The notes beneath the pieces were generated by a model that worked only from the letters and a program-made list of their open reading frames with translations, searched no databases and was not told where the DNA came from. The translations under genes were made by a program, and so were the position numbers. From a bacterium (GTDB lineage Bacteria > Oederibacteriota > PGYV01 > Palsa-1178), in contig JBAXIL010000019.1 of the NCBI GenBank assembly GCA_037138355.1, forward strand, positions 1 through 29,959: a DNA stretch of 29,959 nucleotides. The letters run 5' to 3'. Numbering within the stretch: the first letter of the stretch is position 1; each line of letters begins with the position of its first letter. Of this stretch, positions 18,662-28,559 are shown one piece after another.

Positions 18662-21600
18662 TTATTTTGCCTTAGTATCGCCTTTATTTTGATTATCCTG
18701 ATGAAGTTCTACCATTGCCTCATGTACTTCTGCTATGTGTGCCTTTGATTCTAATTTCGACATAAGGCTATAAGCACAAGGCACAACAAAAAGAGTAAAA
18801 GCAGTTGAGAATATAACTCCACCAATAATAACTACCGACATAGGCACACGAGTTTCCGAACCTGGCCCGAGAGAAAGCGCTGGTGGTATCGCTGCTGCGA
18901 TAGTTGCAGCAGAGGTCATAATAATCGGTCTTAATCTTATAGGACAAGCATACAACAAAGCATTCGTCACTGTCATTCCCTTATCTCTTGATTGATTAGT
19001 AAAATCCACAAGCAATATCGAATTCTTTTTAACTATACCCATAAGTAATAAAATACCAATTCCGCTGTACAAATTAAGTGAAAATCCACCAATTGCGAGT
19101 GCTATTAAAGCACCAGTTAGAGAAAAAGGTAAAGCAAGTAAAACAGCAAGTGGATGAACAAATGAATTGAACTGTGTACCAAGAACCATATAAGCCACAA
19201 AAATACCAAATATCAAAGCAATCAAAAGACTTTGCAAAGAATCTTTGAAGGTCTGCGCGGATCCTGTAAAAGCAATTCTATATCCATCAGGAAGTACACT
19301 CTTCGCTATTACTTCTACTGCTTTAAGTGCTTCTCCCTGCGATTTGCCTGTCAATATATTTGCTGAAACTCTTATTGCTCTTTCTCTGTTTTCTCTGGTT
19401 ATGGACATTACAGTTGGTTTTTCAACAACACTTACCACCTGTGATAATTTAATCAATTCGCCCCTACTATTTCTTAAATAAACTTTATCCACATTTCTTT
19501 TGTCATTTCTGTCCGCGAGCTTTAACTCCATAATAATATCATAGCGTTTTCCGCCCCTTGAATATTTACCAACCTTAACTCCGCCAAAAAGTGAATTTAA
19601 GGCATTGCCTATTGTCTGCATTGAAACCTGTTTTTGTGCTGCTTTTTTTCTATCTGGTACTACAAGTAATTCGGTTACTCCAGTTTTGTAATCAGTATCA
19701 GAGTCAACCATAAGGCCTGATTCGTCCATTTTGTTTTTCATAGTAGTAGAAAGTTCCGCTAACTTATCCCAATCAGGTCCCATAACTATAAAATCAACCG
19801 GAGAACTTCTTCCTGCTGAAAAACCCATAAGAGACATATCTTGTATATTTACAGTAGTAACCCCAGGTATCATTTTTATCTGTTTTCTTAAAGTATCTAT
19901 AATCTGTTGCTGCGTCATAACTTTTTTTGTTACAGGATCAATGGGCCTTTTTTTCTTATCATATATGGTCACATACAAACCGCCACCACTTGGTCTCACA
20001 TTTGAAAAATAATTTTCTATATCAGTTCTTGATGCAACTATTTTTTCTGCCTTAGTCAACACTTCATCTGACAATGTAATAGACGAACCTGGCGGGGTAT
20101 TTATGTTTATTGATATTCTACCCTGATCCTGACTTGGTACCATTTCCTTTTTTATCGTTGTAAATAAATACAATGAAAATGCAAATAAAACAGTTGAAAA
20201 TATTATGACCTTCCATCTGTTTTCAAGACAAATTGTTAATACTTTTGCATAGCCTGCCTTTAATTTATTCATACCAACTTCCATAAAAGGTACACGCCTA
20301 TTAGTTCCTTTATTTGGTTTCAAAAACTGCGCTGCATACATAGGAGTCAAGGTTAAAGCTGCGAGAAGTGATATCATAACTGCCGCAGATATAGTCACAC
20401 CAAACTGAAAGAAATATCTTCCTATAACTCCAGGCATAAAAATCACAGGAAGAAAAATAGCAAGAATTGCGACCGTCGCCGCTATCGCAGCAAAAGTTAT
20501 TTCTCTGGAGCCCTTAATAGCAGCTCGAACCCGAGACTCGCCTTCTTCTCCGTGTCGTGATATATTTTCTATCATCATAATAGCATCATCTACAACAATA
20601 CCTATAACAAGCGACAGTCCTAAAAAGGTAAAAGTGTTTAATGTAAAGTTGAACATTTTAATAACGAAAAAGGCACCAAAAATGGACATAGGAATTGAAA
20701 GAAACACATTAACCGCAGTCCCAAAAGAGCCCAAAAACAACCAACAGACCAAAGAAGTAAGAACAACTGATAAAATTATTATAAAGCTCATTTCCCGAGC
20801 ATTATCTTCTATAAACTTTGTTGAATCAAATCGCAAATCAAGTTTCATACCTTCAGGCAAAAACTTCTGTATCTCTTTCAATTTTTCTTTTATTCTGTGG
20901 GCTACTTCAACAGCGTTTGTTCCTGGCTGTTTTTTTATTCCCAATCCCACAGCCCTGCCATCTGGAGTTCTTGACCTAAAGCGATCATCTTCTGTTCCGT
21001 CCTCAACATCAGCCACATCTTTTATTCGAAGTGTGTTCCATATAGGTGAACCTTTTCTGGAAGGTATTATGATAGAAGCAAACTCCTTCACATCTCCAGC
21101 TTCACCCATAACACGCATTGAAACTTCCTTCATAGGATTTACTACATAACCAGCAGGTACTTCATTATGTCCTGCCTGGACAGCATTTATTATGTCATCT
21201 GGGGTTATTTCTTTTGCTTTCATTTTATTAGGATCAAGCCATACACGCAGTGCCGGATCAAGATACCCTCCAAGCATGACCTCTGAGACTCCTGGAATAG
21301 GAGTAAAATAATCTTGCAAATGATCCTTTGTATAATTCATAAGGTCTTTCACTGGTCTTGTGCCAGACAAACTAAGCCATATTATTGGAGTATCATCAGG
21401 GTTTGATTTTGAAATAGTAACTGGATCAATATCTTTTGGTAGATTACGCTGTGCAGCAGCAAGCTTTGCTTGAACATCCTGAAGCGCTACATCAATGTTT
21501 TTATTCAAGTCAAATTGTATTTTTATATTAGCTCTACCACGAGAAGATGATGAAGTTATTTCATTAACTCCCTCAACTCCCATAACTGCCTGCTCTACTA

Positions 21601-21796
21601 TATCAGTAACTTCATTTTCCATAACTTCAGGTGCGGCGCCAGGCCAACTTAAGTTTACAGCAAGCACTGGATAATCCACATCTGGCATTTGTGAAACTCC
21701 AAGACCAGTATAGGCAATCGCTCCAAACACCACTATTCCAATCATAAGCATCCACGCCATAACCGGATTTTTTATTGACATATCTGATAAGGTCAT
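18662..21796 (-). CDS. RND efflux transporter permease (AcrB/AcrD/AcrF family)
   Basis: 1044 aa; PDVDYP, IGIVVDDAIMMIENI, GIVKKNSILLVDF, RLRPIIMT proton-relay motifs. Confidence 0.96.
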   Translation of the reverse strand: MTLSDMSIKNPVMAWMLMIGIVVFGAIAYTGLGVSQMPDVDYPVLAVNLSWPGAAPEVMENEVTDIVEQAVMGVEGVNEITSSSSRGRANIKIQFDLNKNIDVALQDVQAKLAAAQRNLPKDIDPVTISKSNPDDTPIIWLSLSGTRPVKDLMNYTKDHLQDYFTPIPGVSEVMLGGYLDPALRVWLDPNKMKAKEITPDDIINAVQAGHNEVPAGYVVNPMKEVSMRVMGEAGDVKEFASIIIPSRKGSPIWNTLRIKDVADVEDGTEDDRFRSRTPDGRAVGLGIKKQPGTNAVEVAHRIKEKLKEIQKFLPEGMKLDLRFDSTKFIEDNAREMSFIIILSVVLTSLVCWLFLGSFGTAVNVFLSIPMSIFGAFFVIKMFNFTLNTFTFLGLSLVIGIVVDDAIMMIENISRHGEEGESRVRAAIKGSREITFAAIAATVAILAIFLPVIFMPGVIGRYFFQFGVTISAAVMISLLAALTLTPMYAAQFLKPNKGTNRRVPFMEVGMNKLKAGYAKVLTICLENRWKVIIFSTVLFAFSLYLFTTIKKEMVPSQDQGRISININTPPGSSITLSDEVLTKAEKIVASRTDIENYFSNVRPSGGGLYVTIYDKKKRPIDPVTKKVMTQQQIIDTLRKQIKMIPGVTTVNIQDMSLMGFSAGRSSPVDFIVMGPDWDKLAELSTTMKNKMDESGLMVDSDTDYKTGVTELLVVPDRKKAAQKQVSMQTIGNALNSLFGGVKVGKYSRGGKRYDIIMELKLADRNDKRNVDKVYLRNSRGELIKLSQVVSVVEKPTVMSITRENRERAIRVSANILTGKSQGEALKAVEVIAKSVLPDGYRIAFTGSAQTFKDSLQSLLIALIFGIFVAYMVLGTQFNSFVHPLAVLLALPFSLTGALIALAIGGFSLNLYSGIGILLLMGIVKKNSILLVDFTNQSRDKGMTVTNALLYACPIRLRPIIMTSAATIAAAIPPALSLGPGSETRVPMSVVIIGGVIFSTAFTLFVVPCAYSLMSKLESKAHIAEVHEAMVELHQDNQNKGDTKAK

Positions 21797-21849
21797 TTTA
21801 TTTCTCCTTCAATTTTTCGATTTTTTATAATTAATAAAATACTAATTTT

Positions 21850-23109
21850 TTATTGTATTATTTCTGCTGAGATTTCAAGTATGGTTTTATCTTTTTCTTT
21901 ATCAACAATCGCTCTGTCTAAGGACTGTTTTACTGATGCAGCATCCAACATAGCTTGTATGACATCCACATTTGTTACAAGACCATTTTTATAATCTGCA
22001 ACCTGTGCTCTTAACGATTGAGTTGCCTTCGCATAAGCATCTTTCATAGCTATAACAATCTTATCTGCTGCTTTATAATCTCTTAACTTTGATTTCAATT
22101 CATATTTCACATCAAGATAGTTTGATACATACTGCCTATAAGCAGCTTCTTTCTGCGAAAATGCTGCGATGCTATCAAAAATTCTTGTGCCACCTTCAAA
22201 AATAGGCCATTGCGCCAATAACATAAATTGCCAGCCATTATCTTTATATGCTGAAGTACCAAGATACGGCGTTCCGCCTAAGGTTTTTGACACTGACAAA
22301 TCAACTTGCGGAAGCATAGCTCCAAGTCCAGCATCAATTTTTTTACCCTGAGCTTCAACCTCTGCTTTTTGAGCAAGTATATCCGACCTATTGTCTGCAG
22401 TAAAAGTAATATTGAAATATTCTATTTTAAAATCCGTTTCTATCGGCTGTACTATTACCTTAATATTTTCACTACCTATGACTCTATCTAAAGCATCAAC
22501 AGCCGAGCCCAAAACTGCTTTGGCTTGTTCTAACTGCGAGGCTATAAGAGCGGCTTTTGACTGGGCTGCATACAACTCACTCGGTCTGGATTTACCCATT
22601 TTTTCCCATTGATGTAATTCAGTTACTCTATCATTCATATAACTTAATGAATCTTTAACATTAATAAGGTCAGCCTGCGCTGAAGCAAGAGCGTAATAAA
22701 CAAGTGCCGTATTTTGCGCTAAAGTTCTTTTAACAGAAATTAGATTAAGTTCTTCCTTGTATGCTTCCCTGTCATACATAGAAAGTAAATTTATCTTTTG
22801 AAAACCATAAAAAATCGTTTGTTTGGCAGTTATAGCCGACTCCCAACCCTGATCTGAATATGCCCCAACAGATGTCAAACCAAAATCACGAGTATGTGTT
22901 ATGCCAATATTCGGAAGCATATTGCCGACAGCTTTAAGTTTTGCCAAATTAGCCTGATTGAGTTTTTCTACCTGGATTTTAACAGCATCAGAATTAGCAA
23001 TGGCAAGTTTATAACAATCCGAGAATGCTAAAGGAGTATCAGAATTACTTTCTGCAACAAGACCTGCTGCAAAAATAACAGAAAACAAGAGAATTAATAT
23101 TTTTTTCAC
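21850..23109 (-). CDS. TolC-family outer-membrane efflux protein
   Basis: Signal peptide; two OEP repeats (MLPNIGI...QTIFYG and MLPQVDL...WPIFEGG); YKNGLVTNVDV; GTG start after AGGCGG. Confidence 0.9.
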   Translation of the reverse strand: MKKILILLFSVIFAAGLVAESNSDTPLAFSDCYKLAIANSDAVKIQVEKLNQANLAKLKAVGNMLPNIGITHTRDFGLTSVGAYSDQGWESAITAKQTIFYGFQKINLLSMYDREAYKEELNLISVKRTLAQNTALVYYALASAQADLINVKDSLSYMNDRVTELHQWEKMGKSRPSELYAAQSKAALIASQLEQAKAVLGSAVDALDRVIGSENIKVIVQPIETDFKIEYFNITFTADNRSDILAQKAEVEAQGKKIDAGLGAMLPQVDLSVSKTLGGTPYLGTSAYKDNGWQFMLLAQWPIFEGGTRIFDSIAAFSQKEAAYRQYVSNYLDVKYELKSKLRDYKAADKIVIAMKDAYAKATQSLRAQVADYKNGLVTNVDVIQAMLDAASVKQSLDRAIVDKEKDKTILEISAEIIQ

Positions 23110-23188
23110 TTTGCTTACCGCCTTTTTAATATTTTTTCATAAAATAAATATATAAAATACTAAAGCTTTTAACTATAGTAAATAAAAA

Positions 23189-23220
23189 AAGTTAACAAAG
23201 CATAAACAATTTGTTAACTT
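23189..23220. promoter_or_regulatory. Palindromic operator-like site upstream of tolC
   Basis: AAGTTAACAAA-N10-TTTGTTAACTT, a perfect 11-bp inverted repeat about 80 nt upstream of the tolC start. Confidence 0.5.
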
Positions 23221-23228
23221 CCTATGAA

Positions 23229-23256
23229 TTAGACGATTTAAATAACAAAAAAGTTC
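23229..23256 (-). promoter_or_regulatory. ECF (sigmaE-like) promoter for tolC-RND
   Basis: Minus strand GAACTT (23256-23251), 16 nt, GTCTAA (23234-23229) in a CGTCTAA context, pointing at tolC. Confidence 0.6.
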
Positions 23257-23375
23257 ATTTATTGTAATGATTTAAGGGATGTTTTTATAGTATTTAATGC
23301 TATTTATTGCCACTGCCTGTCATTATTTTGCTGTTTCACATCCTCGCAATAATAAACTACTTCAACAAACACTAA

Positions 23376-24476
23376 CTACACATTAAACTTAAAATGCACC
23401 ATATCTCCATCCTGCATTATATAATCTCTGCCTTCACTACGCCAAAGTCCCATTTCTTTCATTTTTGCTTCGTCTTTTACATTCTTAAACTCTTCAAACT
23501 TCATTAATTCCGCTTTTATAAAACCGCGCTGTATATCAGAATGTATTTTACCAGCCGCTTCATCCGCCTTAGAGCCGCGCTTTATAGGCCAGGCACGAAC
23601 TTCCTGAGCCCCTGCAGTTAAAAAAGTTATCAAATCAAGCAATCTATAAGCGTGTTGTATAAACTCATCAAAACCTTTGTATTCAAAACCAAGTTCCTTA
23701 AGATAATCTTTTCTTTCTTCTTCACCAAGCTCCATCATTTCGCCTTCTATCTTGGCAGAAATTACTACATAATCAGCATTTCTTTTTTTTATATACGCTA
23801 CTAATTCAGGAAAATGTTTTTCAAAATCTAGTATCTTATCTTCATCAGTATTTAAGACATATAACATTGGTTTTAAAGTCATAAGACCGAGTTCCTTTAC
23901 CAATGGTTTTTCTTCTTTACTCAAACCTGCCGCATTAGCTGGAAGTCCTTTTTCAAGAGTATCTTTTACTTTTTTTAATACTTCATATTTTATAAGTGCT
24001 TCTTTGTCATTTCCAGATTTGGCTGTTCTTTCAATCTTAGTAAAACCTTTTGAAACCACATCCAAATCAGCAAGCATAAGTTCTGTTTCTATAGTTTCTA
24101 TATCGCCAATAGGATCTAACTTTCCTTTAGTTCTAATAACATTGGCATCTGTAAATACACGAACCACATGAGCAATTGTATCTACTTCTCTTATGTTTGC
24201 CAAAAACTTATTTCCAAGACCTTCCCCTTTGCTTGCGCCTTTCACAAGACCTGCTATGTCAACAAATTTAAAAGTAGCAGGTACATAAGTAGTTTTACCA
24301 TCATTATAAACTTTATAAAGCAAATCAAGGCGTGGGTCAGGGACAGCGACTATACCGACATTTGGTTCTATAGTACAAAATTCGTAATTCGCCACCTGCG
24401 CACCTGCTGTTTTAGTTAAGACATTAAAGGTTGTTGATTTTCCAACATTAGGTAATCCTACAATTCCTACTTCCAT
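23376..24476 (-). CDS. ychF: Ribosome-binding ATPase YchF
   Basis: [63 protein letters not shown]-terminus. Confidence 0.98.
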   Translation of the reverse strand: MEVGIVGLPNVGKSTTFNVLTKTAGAQVANYEFCTIEPNVGIVAVPDPRLDLLYKVYNDGKTTYVPATFKFVDIAGLVKGASKGEGLGNKFLANIREVDTIAHVVRVFTDANVIRTKGKLDPIGDIETIETELMLADLDVVSKGFTKIERTAKSGNDKEALIKYEVLKKVKDTLEKGLPANAAGLSKEEKPLVKELGLMTLKPMLYVLNTDEDKILDFEKHFPELVAYIKKRNADYVVISAKIEGEMMELGEEERKDYLKELGFEYKGFDEFIQHAYRLLDLITFLTAGAQEVRAWPIKRGSKADEAAGKIHSDIQRGFIKAELMKFEEFKNVKDEAKMKEMGLWRSEGRDYIMQDGDMVHFKFNV

Positions 24477-24500
24477 TTTTTTCTCCTATTTATTTTATTA

Positions 24501-24846
24501 TGTCATTGTGAGGAACGAGCCAATTAGTTCGGTGCGACTTAAATTGCTTTTCCCACACTTTCAAACGCCTCGTAGTAAACAAGACGATTTATATTATACC
24601 TTCTTGTAAAACCTTTTACTACTTTATTTTTATGCTCATAAATATGTTTTATGAGATCATTGGTCATTCCTATATACAAAGTTTATTGCTATAGTTAGCT
24701 AAAACATAGACATAAAACTGATTATTCATTCCCCCCTTACAAAAAACAAGTACTATATTTATTCGATGGTACTTAGATTTCCATGAATAAATTCATGGAC
24801 TATAGGCTTCGTCGGCATGAAACAAAATCGCCTCCTCGCAATGACG
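24501..24846. mobile_element. REP-like element: YGTC-tagged inverted repeats enclosing a GIY-YIG gene remnant
   Basis: Left arm GTCATTGTGAGGA (24502-24514) and right arm TCCTCGCAATGAC (24833-24845) are 12/13 reverse complements. An inner pair GCGAC / GTCGG and a GCTTCGTCG motif are also present. Interior encodes GIY-YIG motifs. Confidence 0.7.
24539..24729 (-). pseudogene. GIY-YIG nuclease (YhbQ/Uri-like) pseudogene
   Basis: Manual translation: ATG 24729 (after AAGGGGGG) MNNQFYVYVLANYSNK, then a 1-nt frameshift at ~24682-24684, then TLYIGMTNDLIKHIYEHKNKVVKGFTRRYNINRLVYYEAFESVGKAI*. 191 nt, one base short of 64 codons; lacks the usual AxxREKQxK C-terminus. Confidence 0.85.
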
Positions 24847-24874
24847 AACTAAAATTATCATACCAACCACCTAT

Positions 24875-24910
24875 AAAAACAAAAGGCCGGCCTTATCGGC
24901 CGGCCCTTTG
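24875..24910 (-). terminator. Intrinsic terminator of hppA
   Basis: Minus strand CAAAGGGCCGGCC-GATAA-GGCCGGCCTTTTG followed by TTTTT, 17 nt after the hppA stop. Confidence 0.85.
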
Positions 24911-24927
24911 CATATATTACTTAAGAC

Positions 24928-27351
24928 TTATTTCTTCTTTGATTTTACTGATTTTGCGTGAACTTCTGCTGAGATTTTGTCAACTGTTTCATCGTCCTTT
25001 TTTGACATCATTAATCCCCAGCCGATTATGCTTAAACATACCAGAACTACAATAATAACAGGTATGCTATATGCATTATTGCCGGTGAATGCAGGATCAA
25101 CTAAGATTGGAGCAATCAACAGTGCAACAAGGTTCATAACCTTAATAAGCGGGTTAAGAGCCGGTCCTGCTGTATCTTTATACGGGTCGCCGACTGTGTC
25201 GCCGATAACCGCAGCTTTATGTCTGTCTGTTCCTTTAAGACCCATTTGTTCAACTGATTTTTTTGCATTATCCCATGCGCCGCCCGCATTTGAAAGATAA
25301 ACTGCCATTAACTGTCCTACAAGAATCACGCCAGCTAAGTATCCGCCAAGGCCTTCAGCCTTAAAGAGGAATCCGATAGCTACAGGCATAAGAATTGCAA
25401 GCAATGCAGGACTTACGAGTTCTTTTAAAGCAGCTGTTGTACAAATATCAACAACTTTTGCTGATTCAGGTTTTTCTTTACCCGACATCAAACCTTTGAT
25501 TTCTTTGAACTGTCTTCTTACTTCATTAACAACCAAGAACGCTGCTCTTCCTACTGCTCTGATAAGAAGTGAGGAGAACAAGAACGGTACTGCACCACCG
25601 ATTAAAAGACCGATAAATACCATCGGGTTTAAAAGGTTGATTGCTGTTAATCCTGTTACTTCACTATAAGAAGCGAAAAGCGATACAGCCGCAATAACAG
25701 CTGTTGCAATCGCGAATCCTTTTGTGATTGCTTTTGTGGAATTACCTACTGCATCAAGTTCGTCTAATACTTTTCTTCCCTTTTCTGGAAGTTTAGCCAT
25801 TTCGCCGATTCCCTGTGCATTATCAGAAACTGGACCAAAAGTGTCTTCAGACACTATGATACCTGTAACTGTAAGCATTCCAAGTCCGATTAATGCTATA
25901 CCGTACAATGTCTGCATGCCTACTGCAGCTACTGTTCCAATCGGCATTATTCCGAATACAAGAACTGATACTGAAAGCGAAATACCAATTGCAATAATCG
26001 CCCAAACTGACGACTCAAGTCCTTCAGCTGTTCCTGCAAGAATAACTGTTGCAGGACCTGTGAGGGTTGATTTTACGATATCTTTAACAGGTTTTGCTTC
26101 TGTTGTTGTGAAGTGCTCTGTCATCTGTGAAATAACAAATGAGAGACAAATACCAACTGTTGTAATTATGAAAAGTTTCCAACCAAGTATCGAAGCATCA
26201 TTTGTACCTATGTTCGGAAACAATTCAGGTTTTTTACTCATCCACTCATTGATTGCAGGAATAAGATAAAGTTTTGTGATTACTGCAAAACCAATTATTG
26301 ATAATACTGAAGCAAGCCAGAAACCTCTCTGGATTGGTTTCATTGCATGTTCTTCTTCACTCTTTGATCTTACTGCGTATGTTCCTATGATTGAAGCAAA
26401 TACTCCAACGGCACGCACAAAAAGGGGGAATATAACTCCCATATTTCCAAAAACTGTTGCACCAAGAATCATGGCTGCAACAAGTGTTACTTCATATGAT
26501 TCAAATATGTCCGCTGCCATACCAGCACAATCGCCTACATTATCTCCTACATTATCTGCGATAGTTGCTGCATTCCTCGGATCATCTTCCGGTATGTTCT
26601 TTTCTACTTTACCAACTAAGTCAGCTCCTACATCCGCTGCCTTTGTAAATATTCCACCGCCAACCCTCATAAAGAGAGCAAGCAAGCATCCGCCGAAACC
26701 AAATCCGACAAGGACATCAGAAATAGCTGAAGGTTCTGTCTGGAATATTAAGAATATTGAGGTTGCACCCAAAAGGCCAAGACCGATTGTGAACATTCCT
26801 GCAATTGATCCTGTTCTGAATGCTATTGTTAATGCTTCTTTCTTTCCTTTATCTACTGCGCCTGCAGCAACGCGTACATTGCCTTCAACTGCGAGCAACA
26901 TTCCAACTGTTCCGGTTACTGCTGAAGCTAATGCGCCGAGAACAAACGCCAGCGAACGGCCCCACTGAATCTTAAGTATCTGAGAAGGCGAATAACCCAG
27001 TGATGCTGAAACTTTTGTTGTCAAGAAAAGCACTACTGCTAATCCGATAACCAGCCAGATAATGGTTGAAAACTGCCTGACAAGATATGCTTTCGCACCC
27101 TTCTTAATTTCGGCATTGATTTCGATCATTTTCTGATTTCCTCTTGATTTTGAAAGGATTTCAAACATAAGAATAACTCCGTAAACAAGTGCTACAATTG
27201 ATGTTGCCCAAACTACCCAAAGTGCTGTCTGTTCAAAAGAACTCAATGGATCAAGTCTGATGTGCTCTGCTAACTTTTGTACTACTGGTACTGCTGCTTG
27301 AACAGCATCTTGTACTGCTGCTACTACTGGTACAACTGGTGTTAGTTCCAT
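24928..27351 (-). CDS. hppA: Membrane-bound H+-translocating pyrophosphatase, K+-independent type
   Basis: [70 protein letters not shown] signature; AAGGAGG RBS. Confidence 0.95.
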   Translation of the reverse strand: MELTPVVPVVAAVQDAVQAAVPVVQKLAEHIRLDPLSSFEQTALWVVWATSIVALVYGVILMFEILSKSRGNQKMIEINAEIKKGAKAYLVRQFSTIIWLVIGLAVVLFLTTKVSASLGYSPSQILKIQWGRSLAFVLGALASAVTGTVGMLLAVEGNVRVAAGAVDKGKKEALTIAFRTGSIAGMFTIGLGLLGATSIFLIFQTEPSAISDVLVGFGFGGCLLALFMRVGGGIFTKAADVGADLVGKVEKNIPEDDPRNAATIADNVGDNVGDCAGMAADIFESYEVTLVAAMILGATVFGNMGVIFPLFVRAVGVFASIIGTYAVRSKSEEEHAMKPIQRGFWLASVLSIIGFAVITKLYLIPAINEWMSKKPELFPNIGTNDASILGWKLFIITTVGICLSFVISQMTEHFTTTEAKPVKDIVKSTLTGPATVILAGTAEGLESSVWAIIAIGISLSVSVLVFGIMPIGTVAAVGMQTLYGIALIGLGMLTVTGIIVSEDTFGPVSDNAQGIGEMAKLPEKGRKVLDELDAVGNSTKAITKGFAIATAVIAAVSLFASYSEVTGLTAINLLNPMVFIGLLIGGAVPFLFSSLLIRAVGRAAFLVVNEVRRQFKEIKGLMSGKEKPESAKVVDICTTAALKELVSPALLAILMPVAIGFLFKAEGLGGYLAGVILVGQLMAVYLSNAGGAWDNAKKSVEQMGLKGTDRHKAAVIGDTVGDPYKDTAGPALNPLIKVMNLVALLIAPILVDPAFTGNNAYSIPVIIVVLVCLSIIGWGLMMSKKDDETVDKISAEVHAKSVKSKKK

Positions 27352-27563
27352 ACTGCTACTACCTCCTTGAAAAATTTATATTTTTTTTATTTCATTAATG
27401 CCTTAAACAATGTTCCTATTTTCACATAAAGAAAAAAGTTTGTAAAGAGTTTTTTTGAAAAGCTTAAAAAAGTCCTGTAAAGTATAGTTCAAACAGCAAG
27501 AACAGGCTTTACCAGAAAATCCCCGGAGCTTTTTTAATTTTATGGGTGCCCTTATTCACAATA

Positions 27564-28403
27564 TCACTTTTTCGAAATACCATTTTTGCAATATTTGTAA
27601 TCATATTCGTAAAGCCCTTTTTTATAATACCAATCCGTATCTTCAGTTTTTGGCTCTGGCCTGTAATGATACTGGTGATATTGTACGGCAATTCCTTTGA
27701 GAGATTTTAATTTGTATCCACAATTCCTTAATCGTAAAAACAAATCACCATCTTCTCCCCACCGTCCTGTCATTTCTTCATTGAATCCGTTTACACGAAG
27801 CAGATACTCTTTGAACACGGAAAAATTTGATCCTAAAATATCAGGCAGCTTGTGATATCCCAATAAGTGGCGGAGAAATAATGAACTAATCCTTAAACTG
27901 CGATTAACATTTCGAGTGTCTTTGTTTAAAGCACTCCATAATAACGGCAATAAAGCAATATTTTTATTGGAATTGATAAGTGTTTTTGTAAAGATCGGAC
28001 CCAAATACACTCTTCGTCCCGATAAGAAACACCCTTCCTGTTTTGATTGATAATGATCCCAAAGGAAATGCTTTTCAACTATGCAATCAGAATCAATAAA
28101 AACAATATAATCGCTTTTAGCCTGTAAAATTGCCTTATTAAGTATTTTCGATTTACCAAAACCGTCATGTTTTTGGGAAATAAATTGTATATTGAGCTCT
28201 GGATATTTTTTTATTATTTCCAGCGTATTGTCGGATGAACCATCATCGGCAATTATAAGTTCAAAATCTTTAAACGTTTGATTTGCAATTGAGGCTAAAG
28301 TACGATCTAAAAAAACGGCTTGATTATAATGTGCCAAGATAACGGATAGTTTGTAAGAGCAAGCACTGTCTGTACTTCCCGTGTTTTTATAATTATTTAT
28401 CAT
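27564..28403 (-). CDS. Glycosyltransferase family 2
   Basis: LSVILAHYN, IIADDGSSD, FIDSDC, NGFNEEMTGRWGEDGDL. ATG 28403 preferred because AAGGA lies 9 nt upstream; ORF track uses TTG 28412. Confidence 0.9.
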   Translation of the reverse strand: MINNYKNTGSTDSACSYKLSVILAHYNQAVFLDRTLASIANQTFKDFELIIADDGSSDNTLEIIKKYPELNIQFISQKHDGFGKSKILNKAILQAKSDYIVFIDSDCIVEKHFLWDHYQSKQEGCFLSGRRVYLGPIFTKTLINSNKNIALLPLLWSALNKDTRNVNRSLRISSLFLRHLLGYHKLPDILGSNFSVFKEYLLRVNGFNEEMTGRWGEDGDLFLRLRNCGYKLKSLKGIAVQYHQYHYRPEPKTEDTDWYYKKGLYEYDYKYCKNGISKK

Positions 28404-28559
28404 TTCAAACAATCCTTGCCCTCTGTGGCGAACTTAAAAACTTTGGTTTTATCGTCTATCCCCAGTGTGTGGGTTATCATATAATCTCCCGGATGATTTG
28501 ATGATTAATACTACATTAAAAAAAATTAAAATCAATTTATTATAGAAATGCCAAAAATG

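Noticed and set aside
988..22612. Numerous 60-171 aa ORFs overlapping argS, the GT-C gene, leuS, aspS, RND and tolC
   Set aside because: They overlap well-supported genes and show no recognisable domains or RBS.
24783..25055. 90-aa plus-strand ORF (MNKFMDYRLRRHETKSPPRNDE...)
   Set aside because: It is the translation of the REP arm and the terminator, then runs antisense to hppA; no RBS or protein motif.
24977..26968. Long plus-strand ORFs of 107, 181 and 230 aa opposite hppA
   Set aside because: Antisense shadow frames in register with a codon-biased gene; no independent signals.
28430..28459. GAACTT...GTCTAT ECF-like motif on the plus strand
   Set aside because: 18-nt spacer, and it points antisense into the 3' end of the GH16 gene with no downstream plus-strand gene.
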